Assembly (NCBI GenBank): GCA_903826865.1
Contig: CAIKGD010000012.1
Coordinates: 2,362-66,361, forward strand
Direction of reading: 5' to 3'
Source of the DNA: an uncultured Verrucomicrobiota bacterium
GTDB taxonomy: Bacteria > Verrucomicrobiota > Kiritimatiellia > Kiritimatiellales > Tichowtungiaceae
DNA length: 64,000 bases
The translations under genes were made by a program, and so were the position numbers. Under the pieces are notes generated by a model. The model worked only from the letters and a program-made list of their open reading frames with translations. It was not told where the DNA came from and did not search any database. Below, piece by piece: positions 38,746 through 47,278 of this stretch; the first letter of the stretch is position 1; the number at the start of each line of letters is the position of its first letter.

Positions 38746-41700
38746 TTAATACAGAACAGCCGGACGGTAAAAGCGAACCGGCACGTTGGTCGCCGAGGTG
38801 TCCACCCAGACATTTGTTCCGTTTTGCGGATTCCGTGTAATGCTGTTGCTGGCGGTTAAAGTCCAGCCGCCGGTCACCAGATTGGTGCTGACATACATGC
38901 TCCACTTCGATGTGGATCCGTTGCCGGTTCCGTACCATGATACCGACAGACCGCTGCCGGATAATTTTATTCCGGTAAGGTGAAGAAGAGAGGCCGCATT
39001 AGTGGGGTCGGTGCCGGCCAGATACTCCTGCCAGGTCGTAAAACCGTCACCGTCCTGATCCTGCTGATCTGCAACCTCATAGCCGTCACCGGCCAGATTG
39101 TAAGAACTCAGCCACGACCGGGTCGTGCCGTGAGATGTCGAAAAAGGGCCCGGATTGGACGGCCGGGTCGAGGTAACTGCGGTCTGCTTCCGCAGCATGC
39201 GTCCGGTTTCATAAGCAAGCCGCAAATACCAGTCGCTGGGAAGGGTTGTGCCGTCCGCATTCAGCGTCAGCCAATAGCCCTGATCGGGCGCATCGGCTGC
39301 AGTCGGCGCGGTTTTATAAATAGCCGTGGCCTCGTCCACTTCATCAAACATCGCAATATAAAGCATGTTCGTCGCGTTCGCGGACAGGGCATTGTACGCC
39401 TGCCGCCAGAAAAAATCACCGGCGCGTCGTGGAATTTCATTTTTGGTTTTAACAACACCATCTCTGCTCATGAATAAATTATACCACGAAAAGCCGGGCC
39501 AGATGACCGGACAATAGGTGATCCCGGCGGAACTGGTGTTCGCCAGATCCGGGATTATCCTTTGCGTTTTCCAAGAATCCGCGCCGGAGTCGCTATTGTA
39601 ACGCCCGACCGTCCAGGGGCTCACCACATCAAATGCGTGGTAAACGCCGGTCCACCCTGAAGCTGTAAACGAATCTCCGGACAGGGTGCGCCACTCCCCC
39701 GGAACTCCGCCAAATACAGAAGCACGGTATTGTGCCGGCGCGCCGGTCTTAAACCAGTTGATCGCGTCAAGAGCCACCGCCGGGTCGGTCGGTCCATGCG
39801 GATCGGTCTTGAAACCGAATCCCCAGATACCGACCACCGGCTTGCCGTTGTGTTTAAGATAGCGGTCACTGGTGACAATTTCCGAGTCCACCAGCATCTG
39901 CCAGTCGTTGGTCATCACACTCCACCATGTGCTGGTTGATGCCATGCCCGAAACGTCGTACATCACCGCGAAAACCCGACCGTACTCTTCACACCCTGCC
40001 TTAAAGTTCTTCAGGGCGTTGAGCATGTGGTTCTTATAAGACGTATCGCTCCCGGCCTGCGTAACGACGAAACGCTGAACGAAAGCCCCGTCTATGCCGT
40101 ACTCCTGCATCCACCGCACATGGCGCCGGACAGTTTTATACAGGGTCCCGGAATAGAGCATGGCAGGCTGCCCGCCTTTGGTCATCGTGGTGGCGAACAG
40201 CTCGTCCGCGTCGTATTCAGAGATATCCGGATACATTTCAACCGTTAGGTTCGTGCTGGCAGGCGTCCCTCCATTCAAGGCCCAATGAATCCAGCGGGTA
40301 TCGGTTCCGTAATCGCCCGCAGCGGTAAACCAGGCCTGATAGCCGCACATGAGCTTGCCGTTCAGCGTGCTGGAATCCACCGGCGTGAGAGTCACAGCGC
40401 CTGGGTTGAAAACGGTGATTCTTGTCCAGTCTGCGCCGTTCAGGGTAACGTCTGTACAGCTGAAATATGAGGAATCTGCCGCATTGGTTCCGTTAATCTG
40501 TACCTTCCCGGCCGAGACAGCTTTAGCGAGGTTGGTGCGCTGATTGAACCCGGCCAGATACACGGTGCAACCGGGGCCGTTAAAATTGAAATTTTTAGCA
40601 GTGCTTAACCCTCCGGCAAAAACCACCCCGCTGTCGCTGAGATTCAGCGGCTGCGGCACCGCAGTGCTGAATTTGAGTGTACCGGAGCCTGCCACCGTTA
40701 TATTCGTGAAGACAGACGCAGTGCCGCCGAAAATCAACGTGCCCTCATTAACCGCCAGCCAGTTGTTTGTGCCGGTAACATTTTCCGTAACCATCATGGT
40801 GCCCGCACCTTGTTTGATTAAAACATTGGCGAGACATTCGGTGTTGGTTGCCTTCGTCATGGCCAGCACCCCGATTGTCAAATCATAGACGGCGGCGGGG
40901 CTGTCGCCGATGTCCATAATGTACGTGTCCGTGCCGGTCGTTTTATTGGGAGCCGTGCTCATGGGGGACATCGTGAACTTGGCTATGACGGCGCCGGAAC
41001 CGTTGTCCGTGCCGTCAAACACGAGAGTCTGCACGGGATCGGTCAAACCGTCCGGACGAAAATAGAGGCCGCCGGTATTTGTGATGTTGAGCGATCCCGT
41101 GATCAGAGTTTTCATCGTTTCGGTATCGGGGGAAAAAAAGTACAAATTGCCGGCCCCTGTAACGGAGGCTCCCGTATCTAACTTCCCGTATTTGGTGGTT
41201 ATCCCTTTGTCCAGTTGAAGCGTTCCGCCGTTTTGTACCGTGAGCAGACAGCCGGAAGGCAGCCCCAGATTGGCGTTGGTACCGCCGCTCAAGAGAGTGG
41301 CACCGTTTGCAACAATGATGTTCGTGGTGGCAGGCGCGGCGATTTTGACGTGAGCATATTCCAGTGTACCGGCTTTGATCAGCGTAGTTCCGGTGTAGCC
41401 GGAATTGGTGGTAAACGTCAACGTTCCCGGGCCGTCTTTAACCAGCCCTTCCGAGCCGAGCACTTTGACGTTGATTATTACGTTCGTGCCCGCGCCCAGC
41501 GCATTCACCGTGATCGCGGGGGTTCCGCCGGCGAGGGTCAGTGTACGGGTTGACGAAGAGCCGTAACCCAGAGTCCAGCCGGCTGCTGTATTGGTGTCGG
41601 TGTCGCCAAAGATGAGGTTGCCGACGGTCCATGCCGCAGAGAGTTGCACGGCCATATCGTTTGTAATGTTCACGGTGCTGAAGTCGGCCGTGTAAGTACT

Positions 41701-41862
41701 GCCGGTAGCGATGGTTCCGCCGGCCCAGTTGCCGGCTGTGCCCCAGTTCCAGTTCGTACCGCTGACGGAATTCGTCCAGGTGCCGTTCAGCGCCTGCGCT
41801 GCACCGCTCAACACCAGCATCGCCGACAGCACCGCCGCTGATTTTTTATTTGTCTTTCTCAT
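38746..41862 (-). CDS. 1038-aa secreted multidomain protein: autotransporter-associated beta-strand repeats, a glycoside-hydrolase-like central region, a Ca-binding DxDxDG motif and a C-terminal beta-sandwich
   Basis: Signal peptide MRKTNKKSAAVLSAMLVLSGAAQA. Repeats of the type GPGTLTFTTNSGYTGTTLIKAGTLEY. Central LMCGYQAWF...WIHW...EYGIDGAFVQRF. Then DQDGDGFTTWQEYLAGTDP. Confidence 0.85.
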   Translation of the reverse strand: MRKTNKKSAAVLSAMLVLSGAAQALNGTWTNSVSGTNWNWGTAGNWAGGTIATGSTYTADFSTVNITNDMAVQLSAAWTVGNLIFGDTDTNTAAGWTLGYGSSSTRTLTLAGGTPAITVNALGAGTNVIINVKVLGSEGLVKDGPGTLTFTTNSGYTGTTLIKAGTLEYAHVKIAAPATTNIIVANGATLLSGGTNANLGLPSGCLLTVQNGGTLQLDKGITTKYGKLDTGASVTGAGNLYFFSPDTETMKTLITGSLNITNTGGLYFRPDGLTDPVQTLVFDGTDNGSGAVIAKFTMSPMSTAPNKTTGTDTYIMDIGDSPAAVYDLTIGVLAMTKATNTECLANVLIKQGAGTMMVTENVTGTNNWLAVNEGTLIFGGTASVFTNITVAGSGTLKFSTAVPQPLNLSDSGVVFAGGLSTAKNFNFNGPGCTVYLAGFNQRTNLAKAVSAGKVQINGTNAADSSYFSCTDVTLNGADWTRITVFNPGAVTLTPVDSSTLNGKLMCGYQAWFTAAGDYGTDTRWIHWALNGGTPASTNLTVEMYPDISEYDADELFATTMTKGGQPAMLYSGTLYKTVRRHVRWMQEYGIDGAFVQRFVVTQAGSDTSYKNHMLNALKNFKAGCEEYGRVFAVMYDVSGMASTSTWWSVMTNDWQMLVDSEIVTSDRYLKHNGKPVVGIWGFGFKTDPHGPTDPAVALDAINWFKTGAPAQYRASVFGGVPGEWRTLSGDSFTASGWTGVYHAFDVVSPWTVGRYNSDSGADSWKTQRIIPDLANTSSAGITYCPVIWPGFSWYNLFMSRDGVVKTKNEIPRRAGDFFWRQAYNALSANATNMLYIAMFDEVDEATAIYKTAPTAADAPDQGYWLTLNADGTTLPSDWYLRLAYETGRMLRKQTAVTSTRPSNPGPFSTSHGTTRSWLSSYNLAGDGYEVADQQDQDGDGFTTWQEYLAGTDPTNAASLLHLTGIKLSGSGLSVSWYGTGNGSTSKWSMYVSTNLVTGGWTLTASNSITRNPQNGTNVWVDTSATNVPVRFYRPAVLY

Positions 41863-42161
41863 ACTGTGTTTTCAGCTTCCTTGCTTCAAGTTTTCGGGCT
41901 GACCGTGTCCATTAACATTCAGTTCAGAGCAACTATCGAATAAAAAACCGCAAGCGCTGCAGTGCCCTCACCGGGCGGGTTCCGCCGCGTGAAGGCACGC
42001 GGCCTGCAAATAAAACGGCGTCACTTCAAACGTTAACCCGCTTTGATAATATGACATTTTTCCTCAATCGCGGCGAGATCAAAAAAAAATCGGAATTAAT
42101 CGGTTCTGTATCGCAGACTGTCCCTGCCCCGTCTTTGGGGAGGAGCCCGAAGGCGCAAGGC

Positions 42162-42198
42162 ATAAAAGAAAAGAGCCGGAAAATTCATTCCGGCTCTT
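42162..42198 (-). terminator. Rho-independent terminator downstream of tRNA-Met
   Basis: Perfect 10-bp stem, aagagccgga (42171-42180) with tccggctctt (42189-42198), and an 8-nt loop. The minus strand continues TTCTTTTAT. Confidence 0.7.
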
Positions 42199-42203
42199 TA
42201 AGT

Positions 42204-42280
<77 letters not shown>

Positions 42281-42336
42281 GTTATTTGCGAAGTCGAGAA
42301 GGTATCGTTTCCCGGCGCAGTTGCAAGGTGAAACAC

Positions 42337-43107
42337 TCAGTTTCTTTGGCGCACGGCTTCATAGAGCAGAATCGCGGCGGAAACGGACACATTCAGCGAA
42401 TCATTTTTCCCGCGCATTGGGATTTTTATATTCGAATCCGCCTGCCCTTTCCAATGACCGGAAAGCCCGGTGTCTTCCGCGCCGACAACAATCGCGACCG
42501 GATCCGTCAGATCGACTTCCGTGTAAACAGTTCCGGCATCCGGCACGGCAGAATAGATTTTGATGCCTCTGCCTTTGAGAAAAGCAATCGTTTCTTCTGA
42601 TGTCGCCTCAGCAACCGGCAGATAAAACAGCGTACCGATACTTGCGCGGATTACATTGGGATTATTCAGGTCGGTCGCCGAGTCGCAAATAATCACCGCA
42701 TCTGCACCGGCACCGTCGGCCGTGCGCAGCAGCGCACCAAGATTGCCCGGTTTTTCCAAACCTTCAGCAACCAGAATCAGGGGATTTTTTGACAGCTTCA
42801 GTTCAGCCAGCGTTTTGCCGACCAGAGGTCCGACCGCCAGCACGCCGTCCGGCCCTTCCCGGTATGAAATCTTCTCAAATACCGCGCGGGAACATTGAAA
42901 GCATTTTCCGGCTCCGGGTTTTTCGCCGCCGAGCTCAGGACAAAACCACAACTCGACCGGCTGCCAGCCGTTTTCTATTGCCCGCGAAACTTCGCGCGCA
43001 CCTTCGATTACCGTCAGCCCCTCTGCATGGCGCTCAGAGGCTTTGCGCTGGAGCCTGATGATCCGCTTCACGCGCTCATTTTGAACACTGGTGATTTCAG
43101 CACTCAT
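42337..43107 (-). CDS. TrmH/SpoU-family RNA 2'-O-methyltransferase
   Basis: LVAEGLEKPGNLGALLRTADGAGADAVI, NPNVIRASIGT and IPMRGKNDSLNVSVSAAILLYE. The start is taken at MSAEITSVQNERVK. Confidence 0.85.
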   Translation of the reverse strand: MSAEITSVQNERVKRIIRLQRKASERHAEGLTVIEGAREVSRAIENGWQPVELWFCPELGGEKPGAGKCFQCSRAVFEKISYREGPDGVLAVGPLVGKTLAELKLSKNPLILVAEGLEKPGNLGALLRTADGAGADAVIICDSATDLNNPNVIRASIGTLFYLPVAEATSEETIAFLKGRGIKIYSAVPDAGTVYTEVDLTDPVAIVVGAEDTGLSGHWKGQADSNIKIPMRGKNDSLNVSVSAAILLYEAVRQRN

Positions 43108-43375
43108 AATCGCAGACTGACCGCGCCGCCACGAGCGGTTTGACAAAGCCGACAACGGCCTGATGTTCGGGATGGTTCTGATACGCCATCAGATCGTCTT
43201 CGGAAGAAAATTCGGAATAGAGCGACATCGTTCCATTGCCGGCATCAATTCCGACTTCGATCATTCGGAGCTGAGGAATTTTTCCGGCGAGCGCTTCCAG
43301 CCGTTGCTTCATTTCCTGCTTCTGTCCGGCAGTCGTTTCCGGTTTCATAGTCCAAACTACAATGTGTTTTATCAT
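43097..43375 (-). CDS. Dabb (stress-responsive alpha/beta barrel) family protein
   Basis: MIKHIVVWTMKPE...MIEVGID...FSSEDDLMAYQNHPEHQAV. Confidence 0.85.
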   Translation of the reverse strand: MIKHIVVWTMKPETTAGQKQEMKQRLEALAGKIPQLRMIEVGIDAGNGTMSLYSEFSSEDDLMAYQNHPEHQAVVGFVKPLVAARSVCDYEC

Positions 43376-43435
43376 TTTCGATTTCCGATTGATGATTTGC
43401 GATTTATTCCAACAATCCATTCTTCCAATATTCCA
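43376..43435. repeat. short-motif tandem repeat filling the whole Dabb-gcvPB spacer
   Basis: ttttcgatttccgattgatgatttgcgattt is followed by four 8-nt units, ttccaaca/atccattc/ttccaata/ttccatca. Confidence 0.5.
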
Positions 43436-44896
43436 TCATTCCGCAGCCGCAGGCTGCATAAAGGTCAGTTCCATGTTTTTCGCGGCGGCAACCTCGTCGA
43501 GACGGCCGACCGGCGTGGTGATGGGCGCGTTGTGCAGTGCACCGGGATCGGTCTTGGAGAGCTCGAAGATTTCAATCATGTCGGCACAGAACTGATCCAG
43601 CGTTTCGCGCGTTTCGGTTTCGGTCGGCTCGATCATGATGGCTTCCGGCACGTTGAGCGGGAAATAAATCGTCGGCGCATGGCAGCCGCGGTCGAGCAGT
43701 GCCTTGGCGAGGTCGAGCGTATGAACACCTTCGCCCAGCGTCTTGCCGCTGAACACGCATTCGTGCATACAATGTCCTTTGGTAACCGCCGCGAAGTACG
43801 GACGCAGCTTTTCCTGCACATAGTTGGCGTTCAGCACCGCACGGTCGCTGGTGGCGCGCAAGCCGTCGCGGCCGAGCATGAGCAGATAGGCGTAGGCGCG
43901 CACGAGAATGGCGAAGTTGCCGTAGAACGGCGCGATATAGCCGATGCTCTTCGGGAAATCATAGTCGAGCGTATAGGTTCCGTCCTTGGTTTTCGCTACA
44001 CGCGAGATCGGCAGATACGGCCGCAGTTTTTCGCAGACGCCGACCGGACCGGTGCCGGGGCCGCCGCCGCCGTGCGGTGTGGAGAATGATTTGTGCAGGT
44101 TCAGATGGCAGAGATCAAAACCGAGCTCGCCGGGTTTGATGCGGCCCATGATGGCGTTGAAGTTGGCGCCGTCGTAATACATCAGGCCGTCCACCGCGTG
44201 AACCGCTTTGATGATTTCTTTCACCTTCGGATTAAAAACGCCGAGCGTGCTGGGCAGCGTCAGCATTACACCGGCAGTCTCGTCATTGAGCGCCGCCTTA
44301 AATTTGTCGATATCCATGTCGCCGCTGGCGTCCGACGGAATCGTCACCACGCCGTAGCCGCCGAGCGCCGCGCTGGCCGGATTGGTGCCGTGCGCCGAGT
44401 CGGGAATGATGATATGCGTCTTCTTATTGCCGCGGTCGCGGTGATAAGCAGCCATCATCATCACCGCAGTCAGCTCGCCGTGTGAACCGGCCATCGGCTG
44501 GAGCGTGAATTCGGCCAGACCGGTAATTTCCGAAAGCATCCGCTCCAGCGAATAAAGAATCTGAAGCGAGCCCTGCGTCAGTAGTCCGCCATGACGCAAC
44601 TGCGGCCAGAGCGGATGAGTCTCGCACAGATCGGGCAGCGACGCGGCGGCTTCGCAGGCCCGCGGATTATGCTTCATCGTGCAGGAGCCAAGCGGATAAA
44701 AGTGCGTATCGACCGAATAGTTCAGGCGCGACAGTTTGGTGTAATGCCGTACCACTTCGCTCTCGGAAACTTCCGGCAGCTCGGCAGGCGCCGCGCGCAG
44801 CAGATTTTTGCTGATGATGTCGTGTTCAGAAATGCGGTCTTCCGGAATCCGCACTCCGCCGCGGCCTTTTGAACTTAATTCGTAAATCAATTTCAT
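43436..44896 (-). CDS. gcvPB: glycine dehydrogenase (decarboxylating) subunit 2
   Basis: HLNLHKSFSTPHGGGGPG PLP-lysine region and an overall GcvPB-like sequence. Confidence 0.95.
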   Translation of the reverse strand: MKLIYELSSKGRGGVRIPEDRISEHDIISKNLLRAAPAELPEVSESEVVRHYTKLSRLNYSVDTHFYPLGSCTMKHNPRACEAAASLPDLCETHPLWPQLRHGGLLTQGSLQILYSLERMLSEITGLAEFTLQPMAGSHGELTAVMMMAAYHRDRGNKKTHIIIPDSAHGTNPASAALGGYGVVTIPSDASGDMDIDKFKAALNDETAGVMLTLPSTLGVFNPKVKEIIKAVHAVDGLMYYDGANFNAIMGRIKPGELGFDLCHLNLHKSFSTPHGGGGPGTGPVGVCEKLRPYLPISRVAKTKDGTYTLDYDFPKSIGYIAPFYGNFAILVRAYAYLLMLGRDGLRATSDRAVLNANYVQEKLRPYFAAVTKGHCMHECVFSGKTLGEGVHTLDLAKALLDRGCHAPTIYFPLNVPEAIMIEPTETETRETLDQFCADMIEIFELSKTDPGALHNAPITTPVGRLDEVAAAKNMELTFMQPAAAE

Positions 44897-44910
44897 ATAT
44901 TTTTCTTTCT

Positions 44911-44942
44911 ACCACAGAGGACACTGAGACACAGAGAACTCC
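44911..44942. repeat. left inverted arm of the GxxExxY cassette
   Basis: accacagaggacactgagacacagagaa matches the reverse complement of 45333-45360 at 25 of 28 positions. Confidence 0.75.
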
Positions 44943-45319
44943 TAAATGACATAGCGTTTCACGCCGTCTCTCAGTGTGGGTTTATTAAAATTAATCAGCA
45001 GACCGACTTTGCTGCCGGTAATTCTCATATAGGTCAAAAGCTGGGATTCATGAACAGGATCGAAATCTTTCACTGCTTTCAACTCAACAACAACCTTCCC
45101 TTCAACAATCAGATCCAACCTCAGATTCTCTCCGACATGAACACCTTTGTAGTCCAGAGGTAAATCAATCTGCTGTTTATATTTAATTCCGCAGAGTTCC
45201 AGTTCACGGGCGAGACTCTTTTCATAAACGCTCTCAATCAGCCCCGGCCCCCAGTATTTATGCACCTCAATGGCTGCCCCGATGATCTTTTCCGTCAGGT
45301 CTTTTTCCGGATATTCCAT
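44942..45319 (-). CDS. GxxExxY family protein (PD-(D/E)xK-like)
   Basis: IIGAAIEVHKYWGPGLIESVYEKSLARELELCGI...DLIVEGKVVVELKA...LLTYMRITGSKVGLLINF. 125 aa. Confidence 0.88.
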   Translation of the reverse strand: MEYPEKDLTEKIIGAAIEVHKYWGPGLIESVYEKSLARELELCGIKYKQQIDLPLDYKGVHVGENLRLDLIVEGKVVVELKAVKDFDPVHESQLLTYMRITGSKVGLLINFNKPTLRDGVKRYVI

Positions 45320-45330
45320 TACTTACCCTG

Positions 45331-45360
45331 TCTTCTCTGTGTCTCCGTGCACTCTGTGGT
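45331..45360. repeat. right inverted arm of the GxxExxY cassette
   Basis: tcttctctgtgtctccgtgcactctgtggt is the reverse complement partner of 44911-44940. Confidence 0.75.
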
Positions 45361-45368
45361 AAAAATTT

Positions 45369-46709
45369 CTAAAGCACCGCTTCAAGTTTCGCGGCCAGAA
45401 TATCAATTTCCTTCTTCGTCCGTTTCTCTGTACAGGCGACGAGAAGTACGTTTTCCATGCCGGTGTAATAGCGTCCGGCGGGGAAACCGGCGGCGATGCC
45501 TTCGCTGATCAGGTCGCTGACCACTTCACCAGCGTCTTTCGGCAGTTTCAGTGCAAATTCGTTGAAGAAAGGACGGTCATACAGCGGCTCGACACCTTTG
45601 ATCGCTTTGAGGCGCGTCCATGCATAACCGGCGCGATCCATACACTGGCGGGCGACATCGGCGAAGCCGTGTTTGCCGAGCAGTGAAAGATAGATGACCG
45701 AGCGAAGCGCGCAGAGCTGCATGTTGGTGCAGATGTTGGATGCGGCCTTTTCGCGGCGAATGTGCTGTTCCCGCGCCTGAAGCGTCAGCACAAAACCGCG
45801 CCGCCCCTGCCCGTCTTTGGTCGCGCCGACGATACGGCCCGGCATGTTGCGGACATATTTTTTCTTCGTCGCCATGAACCCGAGATACGGCCCGCCGAAT
45901 GAAAGCGGCAGGCCGAGGCTCTGGCCGTCGCCGGTGACAATATCGGCATCCATTTCACCGGGCGTTTTAACGACGCCGAGCGAAACCGGATAAGCCGACA
46001 CGACCGCAATCGCACCGGCGCTGTGCGCCTGTACAATCACATCGGTCAGATCGTCGAGACAGCCGAAAAAGTTGGGATTCTGCAACAGCACCGCGCCGAC
46101 GGTGCTGTCGAGCTGTTTGGCGAAAGCGGCGCGGTCGGCGATACCGCCGGACATCGCCACTTCCCGGTATTCGATTTTAAGGTTGCGGGTGTAGCTGCGG
46201 AGCATGGTGCGGTAGATCGGGCTGACGCCCTCGTCCACCAGCACACGGTTGCGCTTCGTGATGCGCAGCGCCATCATCATCCCTTCGAACAGCGCGGTAC
46301 CGCCGTCGTAGAGCGATGCGTTGGAAACTTCCATGTTCGTCAGGCGCGTGATGGCGGTCTGGTATTCAAACATTGCCTGTAAGGTTCCTTGCGCCGCTTC
46401 CGGCTGGTACGGCGTATAGGCGGTGAAAAACTCGCCGCGCGAAGTGAGCGAGCTGACGGCGGCAGGAATGAAGTGGTCATAAAAACCGGCACCGCAGAAG
46501 TTAGTGAGATCGGACGAGTTTTTGCGCGCTACAGCCCGGATCTGCTGCATCATCTCCATTTCGGAGAGGCCTTCAGCCAGCTTGAAATCGTCTGACTGAA
46601 ATTCGGCAGGAATGTGGGCGAAAAGATCGTCGAACGTTTTTGCGCCGATGGATGCAAGCATCGCTTTCTCGTCGTCGGGACTGGTACAGGCAAACGGTGA
46701 AATTGACAT
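45369..46709 (-). CDS. gcvPA: glycine dehydrogenase (decarboxylating) subunit 1
   Basis: Typical GcvPA sequence (FCGAGFYDHFIPAAV, YTPYQPEAAQGTLQ). Confidence 0.95.
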   Translation of the reverse strand: MSISPFACTSPDDEKAMLASIGAKTFDDLFAHIPAEFQSDDFKLAEGLSEMEMMQQIRAVARKNSSDLTNFCGAGFYDHFIPAAVSSLTSRGEFFTAYTPYQPEAAQGTLQAMFEYQTAITRLTNMEVSNASLYDGGTALFEGMMMALRITKRNRVLVDEGVSPIYRTMLRSYTRNLKIEYREVAMSGGIADRAAFAKQLDSTVGAVLLQNPNFFGCLDDLTDVIVQAHSAGAIAVVSAYPVSLGVVKTPGEMDADIVTGDGQSLGLPLSFGGPYLGFMATKKKYVRNMPGRIVGATKDGQGRRGFVLTLQAREQHIRREKAASNICTNMQLCALRSVIYLSLLGKHGFADVARQCMDRAGYAWTRLKAIKGVEPLYDRPFFNEFALKLPKDAGEVVSDLISEGIAAGFPAGRYYTGMENVLLVACTEKRTKKEIDILAAKLEAVL

Positions 46710-46773
46710 AACAGACTGCTTTCTCCTGATTAGAAAACCAAAATAATTTCGACAGACTAAGCCTGCTCCAGTA

Positions 46774-46848
46774 GGGTGTCAATCGCGCATAAAGAAAGTG
46801 TCGCATGTCGGGTGTCGGGGGGAACATCCCTGCAATAGTGTCGCGTGG
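46774..46848. repeat. left arm (GTGTCG-motif run) of the four-helix-bundle cassette
   Basis: Repeated gtgtc/gtgtcgc/gtgtcgg units. The terminal gtgtcgcgtg (46839-46848) is a perfect inverted copy of 47246-47255. Confidence 0.7.
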
Positions 46849-46861
46849 AATAAGGAAAACC

Positions 46862-47278
46862 ATGAACCGGAACCGTGTTGAAGACTATGGGCCCTATCAG
46901 GATGCCCTGCAACTTTTCGACCAGGTCGTAGAAGACATGGCGATCCTGCAGAAAGATCCCCAATGCTACCGGCTGATCAGCCAGCAAATCGGTAGCGCCG
47001 ACTCTATTGCTGCGAACATCGATGAGGGATTCGGGCGAATTAGCCGCACCGAATACATCCGGTTTCTCGACATTTCACGCGGGTCGGCCCGAGAGACACT
47101 CGGTCGCTACAAACGCCTGAAACACTGGCTCCCACAAGAGACCATTGATGCGCGGGTTGAGCTTGCCGATCGAATCATCGCGCGGCTGACAAAGACCATC
47201 CAAACATTGAAGGCAAATAATCCACTCGCGACACGCGCCTTCCTACACGCGACACCCGTCACCGGAGATCTGTCATGA
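46862..47278 (+). CDS. four-helix-bundle protein (23S rRNA intervening-sequence protein family)
   Basis: YQDALQLFDQVVEDM...QIGSADSIAANIDEGFGRISRTEYIRFLDISRGSARE. The start is trimmed to MNRNRVEDYG. The stop overlaps the trpD ATG (ATGA). Confidence 0.85.
   Translation: MNRNRVEDYGPYQDALQLFDQVVEDMAILQKDPQCYRLISQQIGSADSIAANIDEGFGRISRTEYIRFLDISRGSARETLGRYKRLKHWLPQETIDARVELADRIIARLTKTIQTLKANNPLATRAFLHATPVTGDLS
47227..47263. repeat. right arm (CGACAC-motif run) of the four-helix-bundle cassette, inside the 3' end of its CDS
   Basis: cgcgacacgcgccttcctacacgcgacacccgtcacc. The stretch cacgcgacac is at 47246-47255. Confidence 0.7.

Noticed and set aside
46710-46861. Possible glycine riboswitch upstream of gcvPA.
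   Set aside because: Read on the minus strand, the spacer shows none of the conserved glycine-aptamer strings I remember (GGAGAG…CACCG…CTCAGGCAAAAGGAC-like). It is instead occupied by the GTGTCG motif arm.
46862-47278. Four-helix-bundle gene as part of a diversity-generating retroelement (Avd-like).
   Set aside because: No reverse transcriptase gene or template/variable repeat pair occurs anywhere in the window.
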